DNA of 64,000 nucleotides from Eledone cirrhosa (GCA_964016885.1 OZ024743.1:21762001-21826000); one strand, 5' to 3'; shown: positions 13,868 through 28,050, numbered from the stretch's first letter. The notes: generated by a model not told the origin, from the sequence alone. Numbers and translations: made by a program.

Positions 13868-14794
13868 TATCATAATGAAGTATAATCATTAGGAGAGATG
13901 TTTGGTTAAAAAACCTTGCTTGCCAATTTGTCAAAATCTTTGTTTAACATTAATTTTGTGGGTAGTTTAATAGTAATCACAGGTGTTTGTATGATTATAA
14001 GTGACTCTAGCATTTTGAAGTCTTCACTGGTCACTCACTGCAAAGAAAAGAAGAGGAAGGGAAATGTAAGAAGAAACTGTTTCATAAGGATTTTTAGATA
14101 ATTTTAACATGTAGGAGTGAAAAGTGATAATATTTAATAATTTATTTAAAACCAACTGGCAGGTGACCCAGGGGTAGACCCCGAGCAAGATGGTTGGATA
14201 ACATCCATGAGCTTGGCTGGTGTAACATGGGGATCCAGCCAGATCATTTGGAGGTGATTGATTTTGACAGGACCTGAATTCAAATCCTGTTCCGATCAAC
14301 ATTACATTTCATTCTTCTGGATTTGTTAAAATAAAATACCAGTCAACTACTAGGTTGTTTTAATCAACCTTGCCTATCTCCAAATTTGTTGGCCTTGTGT
14401 CTAAATTAGAAGTCAGTGTTATTGAATATCTCCCGTGTTTGTTGTTTTTATATTTTAAACAAACTTATAGGGAGGTTTTGTCTACTAATGGTTGGGATAA
14501 TCCCAGTTTGATCAAAGTTTTACATCTCATTATATCTTATTTTTGAAACCCTATCATATGTATAATTGATTTGCTCAACTCCCTCCTGGAGTATTTTCTT
14601 TCAGGCCTATTTGTTGCTATCTAATAAACTCTGGGTTTCTTTCCATAATACTATTGCATACTTCCATAATTCTATGTACTATTTCTACTATCACTGCTGT
14701 TCGTCACAATCGAGTATAACTTTGTAGTATGTACTATGTTTTACTATGGGCTTTAGGTGCCCATGCAGTCACGAGCAGATACAGACACCCTCTC

Positions 14795-14829
<35 letters not shown>

Positions 14830-15177
14830 TTGATTCAACAGCATATCCACCATGTGACAGCTGGAAGGAGAGGGGCTGAACCAGCACTTGGCTAGTACAT
14901 TTTTATCAACTCTGAAAAGATGAAAGGCAAAGTAGACCTCTATGGGATTTGAACTCAGAACACAGAGACCTGGAACAAATAATATCCAACACTCTAATGA
15001 CTATGCCAAATTGACTGCTTTATAATTTTAAGTAGCTGTCTGTAAAAAAAAGTAAACATTTATAAATAGTATTAAAAAATGAGAGCTAACCTTAAACGAT
15101 GTTGTTTCAGGGTAATTGCTGCATTGCAATCTACTGTGAGGAATTTGTAAGTGGAAGGAGTAGAATGACACACTTAT

Positions 15178-15515
15178 CTGCTGAGTGTGTTAAAGAATGG
15201 ATGTGAAAGACAGATGAAAAGTGGGCCAGGTAAGATCAGTTTATATTAAGAATATAGTTGATAGTAAAGTGGGTGTTGTAGACATTGAGTTTAAAGCAAG
15301 GATCATAATAAAAAGTCATAACAAAAAATATATTCTGTCATTATCTTAGCTGCTGTGTAAGTTAAAGAATGGATGTGAATGACAGATGAAAAGTGGGCCA
15401 CCTGAGATTAGTTTATATAAAGAATATAGTTGATAGTAAAGTGGGTGGTGTAGACATCATTCTTAAAGTAGAGGTTGTATTAAAAAGCCAAACAAAAAAC
15501 AATTGTCTTTATCTG
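15178..15515 (+). repeat. Diverged tandem duplication of ~170 bp
   Basis: 'gttaaagaatggatgtgaa.gacagatgaaaagtgggcca...gtttatat.aagaatatagttgatagtaaagtgggtg.tgtagacat' occurs twice about 171 bp apart. Confidence 0.85.
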
Positions 15516-17071
15516 TTATAAACGTTTTGCTCTACTTAACCACATGATTTATAATGCAACCAGATATCCTTATTTCCCCTATAGAATTTTTTTTTTCTTA
15601 TCTTTTCTTTTTTGTAATAACTATTTGTCATGAAGTGTCATTTATTAATAGTGTTAATACAAATAGGGTAGGCCACACCTTAATATATGATATTACTTAT
15701 TTGTGATTTTTAAAAAAATTGATGGTCACATGATTTTAGTTCATGAGGAAGAGGAGGTTTATGTAAATATTATTGTATAACATTAATTGCTATTAACTAC
15801 ATATCTTTTGTTTGTTTGAGAATGGGGATTGTTATATTATATTACCATATTATAATAGAGGCCTAGTGGTTTCTGTTTCTTCTTCCTATGATTATGTGTA
15901 AAAATAATTGTTTCTACATTTGGCACAAGGCCAGCAATAACCCAGTACATTACTGGTACTTTATTTTATCGACCCCATAATGTTATAAATTGTATGTAGT
16001 AGGATGGAAGTGTGTCAAAACTATACAGGCGTGTCTGTTTAAATCTAGGAAATGTTTCTAGCATAAGGTTAATCTCAGTTATGGATATTATTATTAAAAT
16101 AATGTGCTATGAGTTCAATAAGAATTAAAGTTTTAGAATCTTATACTTTTGTAAATGTAATTGATTATGTAATGTTTTCCCTGTTCATTTGTATTGTTAT
16201 TTGTGAATCAGTCCTCGCTCTGATCAATCGACAAGATCCCAGACCTCACTCGCTTGCCGAGTGGGGTGACCTCATTAAATCGAACCAAGGAGACATTGTT
16301 TCCATTGCTGATACTATCTCCCGAGCGCAATTCCTGGCAGAAGGAGCAATGTGAAATAAAGTGTCTTGCTCAGACGCACCACATCTGAGAATTGAATTAA
16401 CAACCTCACAATTGTCAATCCAACTCTCTAACCCCTAAGCCACGCGCCTTCACAGTCCCAGTGTCTAATAAAGAGATCATCGTCATTATTGTTTGTAATA
16501 TATCACAACTTGTGTTTTGTCAAAGGGTTTTGTAGTTTTTGTTGTTTGTATAGTTATTTAGACCCAAGTCAACCTTGTTCAAATAGACTTATGATCAAAG
16601 ATCTTCCAGCTGTGGCCATCCTATCTTTTTTTTTTTTGTCCAAGCATGTTGCATCTAGAACTACATTATCTATTATGTCATTTGTTTTTTTAGGATGGTA
16701 AATTGTAATCTAAGGGAGATTTGGCTGTTATTTCTAGCAAATAGATCAATCATTTGCATAGATGTTCCCTTCTTGGTTCATATATATTTAGTGGATCAGT
16801 TGGAAGGGGTTTATATACTAACCTTTGTATAAGCTGATTGAGTTTAGGATTAGTTCTTATTTGGTATCTTGGATTTTATTTTGGAATAATCTGATTCTAG
16901 TGAGAAAGCAAGAGAAGCTGATTCTCAGATCAGACCCAGGAAACTATGTTTCCAGTAGTCTTTCCATTGTTATCTGTCAGTCATAAATATATTAGAATAT
17001 CCATAATTTATCTTTAAGTGTTTATTTCTATTCACATACCCACCTTGATACCAAATATCTACAAAAGTTAA

Positions 17072-17291
17072 CCCTTTAGCATTTACATTACTCTATATTT
17101 ACTATTGTATTTTCATGGTAGATACTTTATCTAACATACTATCTCACATAATACTGAATCTATGAGATTTTGATATTATTCATTTTGAGAACAATACCTT
17201 AACGAAAGTATGAGCAGCCAATTACAGCTGGTTTGAACAGAAAGAGGAGAGAGAATTCTGGCCAGATACGACTGGTTTAAATGCTAAAGGG
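17072..17291. mobile_element. piggyBac-type MITE, copy 1
   Basis: TTAA|CCCTTTAGCATTTA ... TAAATGCTAAAGGG|TTAA: 14-bp TIRs starting CCC, with TTAA TSD. Confidence 0.9.
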
Positions 17292-18347
17292 TTAAATGTG
17301 TGTATTTTGACTAGATTATTTTATATATGTATTGCATGTATTCCAGTTTTCAGAATAGGTACACCACATTCATAAGAGGCAACTACAAGGGTTGGTATCA
17401 GAAAGATCATCCACTTGGAAAACATCCTCAAAATATCCTGTCCAATCCATGCCAGCATGGAAACGTGAATGTAGAGATAATATAATTATTTCATAAATGA
17501 TAATGTGTTAGGTAGAAGTATTTTAGTATCAGTAGATACATAGATACAGTTAATTAGTTGGGACTAATGTGTGTTCTTGCGGCTACTGATAAGTACATCT
17601 CTATTTCTCTTTCCCCATCTTCCTTCCCTCTCTACCTAACAGTCTGTCCATCTCTCTCTCCCTTTATCTCCTCTCTCTGTCTCTTTATCCCTCTGTCTCT
17701 CTCCCTCTCTCTTTTTTTACCCCCATTCACAATGTCTGTCTCTCTCTCATTTCTTTGTCATCTCTTTACTTTTTTCCATAATTTTTTCTCCAAGCAAACA
17801 TAATTGATATGGTTGTTTTACAAATTTCAACATTTGCATATTATCAAAATAATAACTACTATGGCTCAGATCTCAGGCTTACAGATAACCATTTAATTGT
17901 CAGACTGAAGTTGGCCTTCTTAACCATGGACACCTCAATTATTTGTTAAGGATTTTAAGAAATTGTGTTAGTATTGAAGTAAATGATATAGGTATAATGA
18001 GATAGCAGAATTTGAGGTGTGTAGTATTTTCTGTATAATCCACAGGGCCCCTATAAAGGAGTGGCATTGGTGTCACAATAAAAAGCACCCAGTTCACCTT
18101 GCAAGGTGGTCATACAGATGCCATGTCAAAAAGCATCCAGTTCGCCCTGTAATTAAAATTAAGTATAGGATTACAAATTCATGATTTCTAAGTTCATATT
18201 ATCAACAAGGAAAACTTCCTCATGATTTTGGGAAGGGTGTACTTCAGTTAATAAGTTGTTTTTTGAATAGTTTTATGAGGAGAAACACTTCCTCTCTCTC
18301 TCGCATTCACTGTTCAGATGGGGAGGGATGGGCTCTGCCAAGTTTAA

Positions 18348-18564
18348 CCCTTTAGCATTTAGACCAGCCATATCAGGCCAGAATTCTGTCACCTCTTTCT
18401 GTTCAAACTGGCCGTAACTGGCTGCTTATACTTATGTTAAGGTATTGTTCTCAAAATAAATAATATCAAAATGTCATAGATTCAATATTATGCTAGATAA
18501 TTTATATGAAATAAAGTGTTTACCATGAAAATACAGTAGTAAATATAGAGTAAATGTTAAAGGG
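18348..18564. mobile_element. piggyBac-type MITE, copy 2 (opposite orientation)
   Basis: Same TIRs (one mismatch) and TTAA TSD. Interior is the diverged reverse complement of 17072-17291. Confidence 0.9.
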
Positions 18565-18895
18565 TTAAGTCAAGTTTCAATCTACAACCTAACAAAACAC
18601 TTAGTAAGTTTAATCTTGCACCTGTTGTTTGGTCCACATGTTTGGGAAGTGGAATTTCTTAACCACACATTCATGCCTGTATTTAATCAATATTAGAAAT
18701 CAATATTAATATATATAATCAGGATAAGTGTCCTTAGGTAAGATGAAGCAAGCTTATGGCACATTGAATCTCCAGTGAAAGGTATTTTGCTTCTCTTATT
18801 CTGCTAATGTCTTTGAGACATACAAATACCACATTCTCATTTTCTTATTCCTTTCAAAATATAAAGAATATATATATATATATATTTTTCCATTT

Positions 18896-18931
<36 letters not shown>

Positions 18932-19176
18932 CAAGTTTGATTTGAAACAACAAGCGAGTTTGAAAATAGAAAAAGAAGATTTCACAGTATTTTTGACTAC
19001 AGAAATTTTAGCCTGATAGTTGGGTTTAGAACCCTCTAAGAAATGGAAAAAGATGAGCATTGACGTACATCAAAAATATGGCGAAAGCTTCTATATATAT
19101 ATATATAGAGAGAGAGAGAACTTGCAACCTTTCGATTGCAAGGCCAACAATGCTCCAACCACTAAGCCATGTGCCT

Positions 19177-19220
<44 letters not shown>

Positions 19221-19224
<4 letters not shown>

Positions 19225-22200
19225 TCATCATCATCATCATCATCGTTTAATGTCCGTGTTCCACGCTTGCATGGGTTTGGACGGGAGTTTTCCCACTTGA
19301 GGCAAGAGTGATTGTCTTGCTCGCATAGGACTGTCTGGCAGGTTTTCTACAGCTGGATGCCCTTCCTAACACCAACCACATTTACAGTGTGGGACTGGGA
19401 GGTTTTTACCGTGTTGCCTACACGGCCACATTACAGCGTGGACTGTGTGTTTTTTTGTCGTGACACCTACACGATCTCATTTGTTTTGGCCTGGATGTTG
19501 TGGCACCAACATAACTTTACATTGGAAGGGGCGGTGTGGATGGGGTGGGGGTGGTGGGACGGGGTGTATTTTGTTAGAGATGCCTACTGACTGTAGTAGG
19601 TTTTACTTTGTATTTAGGTAAGGCGGGTCTTCTCTATTACTGAGTACCGCCAAAGGTCTCGGTCCAGTGACATTGTCTTGGAGAGGTGTAAGTGTGTGAG
19701 GTCGGAATTTATCAGCTCGTCCCAGGTTTTTCTGGGTCTGCCTACTCCGTAGCTACCGTCTATCTTTATTGCCCTGCACTTTGTTATACAGCTGTCGTCT
19801 TTCATGCGCATCACATGACCATACCAACGTAGCCTTCTCTCGAGTAAACAACATCTGATCCCTCTTATTTCTAATTTTTTCCTTAATTCGCTTATGCTTT
19901 GCCGTTCACGTATATTACTATTACACATCCAGCGGAGCATGCAAGCTTCGTTCCTCTCTAGTCTGCGTATATCCTCTGCACACAATGCCCAGGTCTCACT
20001 GCCATGCAACATTGCTGTTCGTATGCAGGCATCGTACAACCTGCCTTTCATTTTTAGGGAGAACCCTTTAGCAGCTAATAGTGGTATAAGCTCTCTGAAC
20101 TTTTTCCAACCAGTTCTGACTCTAGCTACTGTACTTTCAGAGCACCCTCCCCCACTGCTGATTTTATCGCCCAGGTAACGGAAGCTGTCCACTATTTCTA
20201 TAGAACCCTCTGCGCAATTGAAAGAGCTAGTATCTTGTGGGCACTTGCTGCTACTTATTGCACCAGAACACCGGCCACATGTAAAATCTATGTTCTTAGT
20301 TAGCTTACCTGTGATCCCACTACATCTTTTATGCACCCATACTTTGCATTTAGGACATAAAATGGAGTTTCTACCTACGCCTTTCCTACACACCGAGCAC
20401 GACCATTTCCCAGAAGGGACCGCCGCCTTGTTTTCTTTCCTACAAACTAGAACTTTAGTCTTAGCCAGGTTAATTTTAAGTCCTTTTGACTCTAGGCCAT
20501 GCTTCCATGTTTGGAATTTCTTCTCTAGCTCGGCCATTGATTCCGCTATGAGTGTCAGGTCGTCTGCGTATAGGAGTTCCCATGGGCAGCCGGTCTTGAA
20601 CTCCTCTGTTATAGCCTGAAGGGCAATAATAAATAGTAGGGGGCTGAGAACAGAGCCCTGATGGACGCCAACTTTTACGCTAAACTCTTCACTATATTCG
20701 TTGTTAATTCTAACCTTGCTGACTGTTTCTTTATACATGGCTTGTATAGCCTTCACAAGCCATTCGTCAACGCCTAGTTTTCTAAGAGCCCACCAGATAA
20801 TGGAGCGGGGGACTCTGTCGAAGGCTTTCTCCAAGTCGACAAAAGCTAAGTAGAGGGGTTTACCTTTAGCTAGGTACTTCTCCTGTAGTTGTCGTACTAT
20901 GAAAAGAGCGTCTGTGGTACTTTTGCCTGACACAAACCCGAACTGCATTTCATCTAGGTCAATTCTCTCACTGATTAGTTGCGCTATTACTTTTTCCGTG
21001 ACCTTCATGACCTGGTCGATTAATTTAATGCCTCTATAGTTACTCCTATCTAGGGCATCTCCTTTACCCTTATAACAGTTAACGATGATGCTGCTATGCC
21101 AGTCCTTCGGAACAACCCCATTCTGTACGACTTGGTTAACTATGCGGGTGACCATGGTGTGTCCCACCGTGCCAGATGCCTTCAGCATCTCAGCAACTAT
21201 TTCCGAAGGCCCAGCCGCCTTACCCGTCTTCATATCCTTGATTGCCTTACTTATTATACTCCCCTCGACTAACACTGCTGGTCCCTCTATTGGGTCGATA
21301 TGGGGGAGACTGTCTTTCTCCCATTTATTCTCCTCATTTAGTAGCCTTTCATAGTGACACTTCCAAGCTACCTTCTTATCAGCGTCGGTGATGGCAAGTA
21401 TGCCATCATCGTTAAGTACACACTTCTCCCCGACAATATCACGGTTTTCCTTGACGCATTGCCTAGCAATCCTGAACACCTCACGTTTTTGGTCCTCGCG
21501 TTGTAGAACATGCTTGAACTTTCTTTCCTCAGCTTCCCTTCTTGCTAAGTACACTTGTCTCCTAGCTTCCCTCCTGGCCACTTGATAGTCTTCTCTACTT
21601 CCCCCATCCCGCCATACTTTCCAAGCCTGCTTTTTGGCCTTAATTGACCCCTCCACCTTACTGTTCCACCACCATGTTACTCTCCTCCTGCCTACAGGCC
21701 TGCTCCAGCCACAGACTTCATCTGTCGCCAACAGCAGGTTTGCTTTCAGAAATTCCCACTGTCCCTCTATATTGTCCGACTCTAAATGTTCTTCCTTACT
21801 GTCGAAAGCATCAAGTAATATGCTTTGAAATTTATTTCTGGCTGTGGGGTCCTTTAGCTTCCATATTTTTCTCCTGAGGATAGTCCTCTTCTGCTGTCGA
21901 GTACGTCTCGTCCTGACTGTGAGGTCGCTAATTATCAGTCTATGTTGGGAGGTGCATTCTTCATGGGGGAGGGATTTAGTGTTTACAACAGACACTCTGT
22001 CACGTCTTCTGGTAAGGATATAATCTACCTGGCTTGTGTGTTCCCCGGATCTATAGGTGATCAGGTGATTGTCACGTTTTTTGAAGTTAGTGTTACAGAT
22101 AGTTAGGTTATTTGCATCACAGAATTCCAGGATTCTGGAGCCTTCCTCATTTCTAGTACCAAACCCATAGCCTCCATGGATTCCGTCATAGCCGTCACAA

Positions 22201-22544
22201 TGTTGTCCAACGTGACCATTTAGGTCGCCTGCAATAATTATATAGTCACTGTCGGATATTTGGGAGGTAGTTAGCATCAGTGTCTCATAGAATCTGTCTT
22301 TTATAGTGCCGGGCAGTCCGGATTGGGGTGCGTACGCAGATATTACTGTCACCGTAGTTCTATTGAGGACAAGTCGTATTTTAATTATTCTGTCGTTCAC
22401 TCTATTTACGTCTATTATCTTATCTGCCCACTTTTCTGCTACCATGATTCCTACTCCACCCAGCCCATCATCGTTTCCCACCCAGAAAAGCTTATAACAT
22501 CGTTTTTTACCCTCAATGAATCTAGCAGATCCACCCCTCCACCA
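19221..22544 (-). mobile_element. RTE-clade LINE, subfamily 1, 5'-truncated within the endonuclease
   Basis: (GAT)n 3' tail at 19221-19244, 3'UTR, and an uninterrupted EN+RT ORF. The frame continues upstream of the called start (WRGGSARFIEGKKRCYKLFWVGND) to ~22544, where it is truncated. Confidence 0.95.
19614..22481 (-). CDS. LINE ORF: APE endonuclease + reverse transcriptase with internal PHD-like finger (N-terminally truncated)
   Basis: EN motifs SAYAPQ, GDLNGHVG, VDYIL, SQHR. RT motifs NYRGIKL, QFGF, DLEKAFDRV, GVHQGSVLSPLLF, YADD, INLAKTKVL, FRYLG. RTE-type C-terminus LRWYGHVMR..GRPRKTW. No stops in 955 codons. Confidence 0.93.
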   Translation of the reverse strand: MGNDDGLGGVGIMVAEKWADKIIDVNRVNDRIIKIRLVLNRTTVTVISAYAPQSGLPGTIKDRFYETLMLTTSQISDSDYIIIAGDLNGHVGQHCDGYDGIHGGYGFGTRNEEGSRILEFCDANNLTICNTNFKKRDNHLITYRSGEHTSQVDYILTRRRDRVSVVNTKSLPHEECTSQHRLIISDLTVRTRRTRQQKRTILRRKIWKLKDPTARNKFQSILLDAFDSKEEHLESDNIEGQWEFLKANLLLATDEVCGWSRPVGRRRVTWWWNSKVEGSIKAKKQAWKVWRDGGSREDYQVARREARRQVYLARREAEERKFKHVLQREDQKREVFRIARQCVKENRDIVGEKCVLNDDGILAITDADKKVAWKCHYERLLNEENKWEKDSLPHIDPIEGPAVLVEGSIISKAIKDMKTGKAAGPSEIVAEMLKASGTVGHTMVTRIVNQVVQNGVVPKDWHSSIIVNCYKGKGDALDRSNYRGIKLIDQVMKVTEKVIAQLISERIDLDEMQFGFVSGKSTTDALFIVRQLQEKYLAKGKPLYLAFVDLEKAFDRVPRSIIWWALRKLGVDEWLVKAIQAMYKETVSKVRINNEYSEEFSVKVGVHQGSVLSPLLFIIALQAITEEFKTGCPWELLYADDLTLIAESMAELEKKFQTWKHGLESKGLKINLAKTKVLVCRKENKAAVPSGKWSCSVCRKGVGRNSILCPKCKVWVHKRCSGITGKLTKNIDFTCGRCSGAISSSKCPQDTSSFNCAEGSIEIVDSFRYLGDKISSGGGCSESTVARVRTGWKKFRELIPLLAAKGFSLKMKGRLYDACIRTAMLHGSETWALCAEDIRRLERNEACMLRWMCNSNIRERQSISELRKKLEIRGIRCCLLERRLRWYGHVMRMKDDSCITKCRAIKIDGSYGVGRPRKTWDELINSDLTHLHLSKTMSLDRDLWRYSVIEKTRLT

Positions 22545-22549
22545 TACAT

Positions 22550-24358
<1,809 letters not shown>

Positions 24359-24725
24359 ATTATGTAATAAACAACATAAGGCAATTATTCCATTTACCAG
24401 TGGTTTCTTAAAAGCAAAAGGTTTTGCTTTCGATCCTCAGAATGAAAAATCTTGGTTTGTTTATTGAATTTGGATTTTAAAAACAAAAATGCAATCTATA
24501 TGAAAGTGAGGCTGGAAAAGGGAGAAGGAAAGGAAAAATCATATAAAACTACACATGCAAACACACACACAAAAAAACACAAAAGCATACTTACACACAC
24601 ATACATATATACATATATATAAATGTACGCATACACATATACTTATACACATATATATATATATAAAACGTACACCTACACACACATACACATATATACA
24701 CACATATACACATACATACATTCAT

Positions 24726-24767
<42 letters not shown>

Positions 24768-24791
24768 GTGTGTGTGTATGTGTGTGTGTGC

Positions 24792-24822
<31 letters not shown>

Positions 24823-24823
<1 letters not shown>

Positions 24824-25081
24824 TGACTGACCAACGGTTAAAAATACAAATATAAATATATATATATAGTTTATCAAAGTTCTTTTGTTGCACATCTGCA
24901 ACATCATCAGTGGTACTATTATCATGTTCCCTCTTATTGTATTGTAATGTAATGTTTGCGCCATTTTTATTTTATTTATTTATTTATTTATTTTTGTCTC
25001 CGTCTCAGATGTGCAATGAAAGAACTTTGTTAGACTATATATATATATTTATATCTGTATTGTTAACCGTTGGTCAGTCAA
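24823..25081. repeat. Inverted repeat (76-bp arms) with hammerhead-like remnant; Penelope-like end
   Basis: 24823-24898 versus 25006-25081 are imperfect reverse complements. Minus strand reads ctgatga-t-gttgca-gatg-tgcaac-aaaa, and the other arm has tgcaat-gaaa. Confidence 0.6.
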
Positions 25082-25187
25082 TGATAAACATTGATTGCCA
25101 AATATATTAACTACGGCGATATAAAAGATACAGAAACAAAAACCAACCAAACAGTGAGTGTGTTCTGTTATTATTTCTGGCAAAAAA

Positions 25188-25375
25188 GGGCGGTGAACTG
25201 GCAGTATCAGTTGAGGGTCGGACGCCATGTTTTGCAGCATAGAGTTACGGCCCTTAATGGTCTGAATTCAAATCCAGCCGAGGTTAACTTTGCCTTTCAT
25301 CCTTACGGGGTCGATAAAATAAAGTACCAGTAATGCACTGATTTAATTGCTGGCTTTGTGCCAAAAGTAGAAATA
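25188..25375 (+). mobile_element. Full-length SINE family A
   Basis: A/B boxes and central domain present. TSD-like attatttct(g/t)gcaa at 25170-25183 / 25376-25389. Confidence 0.88.
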
Positions 25376-25422
25376 ATTATTTCTTGCAATTTTATTACAA
25401 CAATATGACCCTCCCCAAGTAT

Positions 25423-25492
<70 letters not shown>

Positions 25493-25807
25493 GATAACAA
25501 GTTATCGTTTTAGGTAATCCAGTTAGAGGTTGTGAGTACTCTGTATATATATATATATATATATATATGTGTTTATATGTATATATGTGTATATATATGT
25601 ATAGTATATATGTGTATATATATGTATATATGTGTATTTATATGTAATATGTGTATATATATATGTATATATGTGTATTTATATGTATATATGTGTATTT
25701 ATATGTATATATGTGTATATATATGTATATATATATGTTTATATGTAATATGTGTATATATATGTAATATGTGTATATATATGTATATATGTGTATTTAT
25801 ATGTATA

Positions 25808-27935
25808 CTAGCATTAAAGCCCGGCGTTGCTTGGGGTCAGTAAGTTACCAAAGTTAGGTTGCACCACCCATTTTATGGCAGCACTTTTTTATCTGCCAGG
25901 CACTGGTTGAATGAATTACAGACCTGGACTACCGAAGCAGGAGCTGCACCAGCAGTGACGATTGTAGTTTCGCCTATGGATATTATTTCTGTGCAAAGAA
26001 GTGTTCAAACTTATTGTTTCACAGTACTTGCGCAACACGCGCATAGACGATGCCAACCGAACAACAGAGCTGCGATGGAGTTGTTCTGCATGACATGTTT
26101 TAATGGGGGAGGGGTGGATTGAGGGAACCACAAACAGGGGCCTGAAAACATTGTTGAATTATGACAACCAAAAAAGAGGAAGAGGAGTCATTGTATGGTT
26201 GGTGCATCATGTACGTCGGACGTAGAAGATGAGCCTGCTGCTGTGCCGATGGAGGGAGGGAAATAGAGCTGAGCGGAGGCCCGTGTTGGTGAAGTGTGAA
26301 GTAATTGCAGGGAACCGCCTAAAAATGTAAATCCCGTCATTAAAGCATTGTTGACTCTTTGAGAGTCGTACGGAGGTGAAATACTAACCTGTCCACGGTC
26401 CTCCGAGGCCCACCAGACGGGGGCTGGTGAGGAGCAACAGCTGATATTTGGGTAGGGTCGGAGTTGCAATGAAGCTTTGTAACGCCGCGAGAATCAGCCT
26501 TTGTACGGCAGATGGTGGGGAGTGTCCAGTGCACTGCAGTGAAGGTTAACCTACTTAGAAAGTACTCACGAAACGGCAAAAAATAAAAAATAAAAAAGTT
26601 ATAAAATTAGGAATCGAGGTAATCCTATAAAACCTCCTTGTACACAATGTTTTTTGTTTTTCCATGCGGAACGAACGCGAAATCATCATTCTTGCTGCCG
26701 ACACGCGAGCAGCCAACGTAAAGCTGACCTTGAGAGAAACATGGCTCCCCCAAATGTATTCCCGCGACAAACAGTGTTTGTCCCTGCGCTTTGTTAATTT
26801 ACATTGTGAAGCATGGCTTGACCGGGAACTGGGACCTCCGAAATGTGAAAGGTAGGTCTACTCCTGATGGGAAAAGATGCATCCTCTGTATGAGTACAAC
26901 CTTGCCCCGACCGCACCCTGTGATTATCGTGGCCTCAATCAGATTGGGAGCTAAGGACTTAACGACCAAACGTGTGCCATTGTATTGTTTCGGTGGAACC
27001 AAATTTCGAATGAGCATTATAGGTGCACCAACTTTAAGTTCCAAAATGTGTGGGGGTAATCCGGGGGGCTCAAAGGAATTTAGTACCTCTATTAGATTGT
27101 TGTTGACGTCCTCGGGGTCAGGAGTTCTATCGATAGACTTATATCCGTAGCTATCCCCAGGAATGAGTTTTACATTTAAGTGCCGTACTAAGAGTGAGAA
27201 ATGAAATTTCGTTTCATTCTATTCCATTTATCGTTTTTGATGTGCCCGGCCAACTGAACTCACTCAATATGCAAATTAGGCTGTTTGTTTGTTTACAAAC
27301 AAACAAACCGAGCATTATAATAATGTTCGGTAAACCGATACGTGCATATATATATATGTGTGCATGTATGTATATATATACATACTACTGTACGTCTGTA
27401 TACATATATGTATGTACGTATACATACATACTTACATTTAAGTAACTGCCGTACTAAGAGTGAGAAATGAAATTTTGTTTCATTCTATTCCATTTATACT
27501 TTTCGGTGTGCCCGGCCGACTGAACTCACTCGATATACAAATTAGGCTGCTCAGCCTATTAATATGCATAAGGAAAGTATATACTTTCAGACATTCAACC
27601 ATCTGGCAGGAAGGTATATGATGCTGACGATAGCTAATAAGCTTGAAATTAGTACATCGTTCCTGTGTCAGTGTTGAACAAAAAGGTGACGTGGTTGCTT
27701 AAACACTGTACGGCGTAATTCGGGCTGTTTGTTTGTTTACAAACAAACAAACCGAGCATTATAATAAATGTTCGGTAAACCGATACGTACATATATATAT
27801 GTGTGCATGTATGTATATATATACATACTACTGTACGTCTGTATACATATATGTATGTACGTATACATACATACTTACATTTAAGTAAGTGCTGTACTAA
27901 GAGTGAGAAATGAAATTTCGTTTCATTCTATTCCA
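25808..27935 (-). mobile_element. Internally deleted Helitron
   Basis: Minus-strand 3' end ccccaagcaacgccggg (hairpin)...CTAG|T at 25808, helicase remnant at 26625-27170, and a repeat-rich 5' part. The exact 5' end is not seen. Confidence 0.8.
26625..27170 (-). pseudogene. Helitron RepHel PIF1-like helicase C-terminal fragment
   Basis: YKSID...EVLNSFEPPGLPPHILELKVGAPIMLIRNL..PKQYNGTRL...FRRSQFPVKPCFTM*INKAQGQTL..AGIHLGEPCFSQGQLYVGCSRV...GKTKNIVYKEVL*. One in-frame stop. Confidence 0.92.
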
Positions 27936-28050
27936 TATATGTGTATATATATGTATATATGTGTATATATATATATGTATATATGTGTATTTATATGTAA
28001 TATGTGTATATATATGTATATATGTGTATTTATATGTATATATGTGTATT

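Noticed and set aside
15360-15410. Box C/D snoRNA
   Set aside because: No canonical RTGATGA box C or terminal stem, and CTGA is not kept in the duplicate copy.
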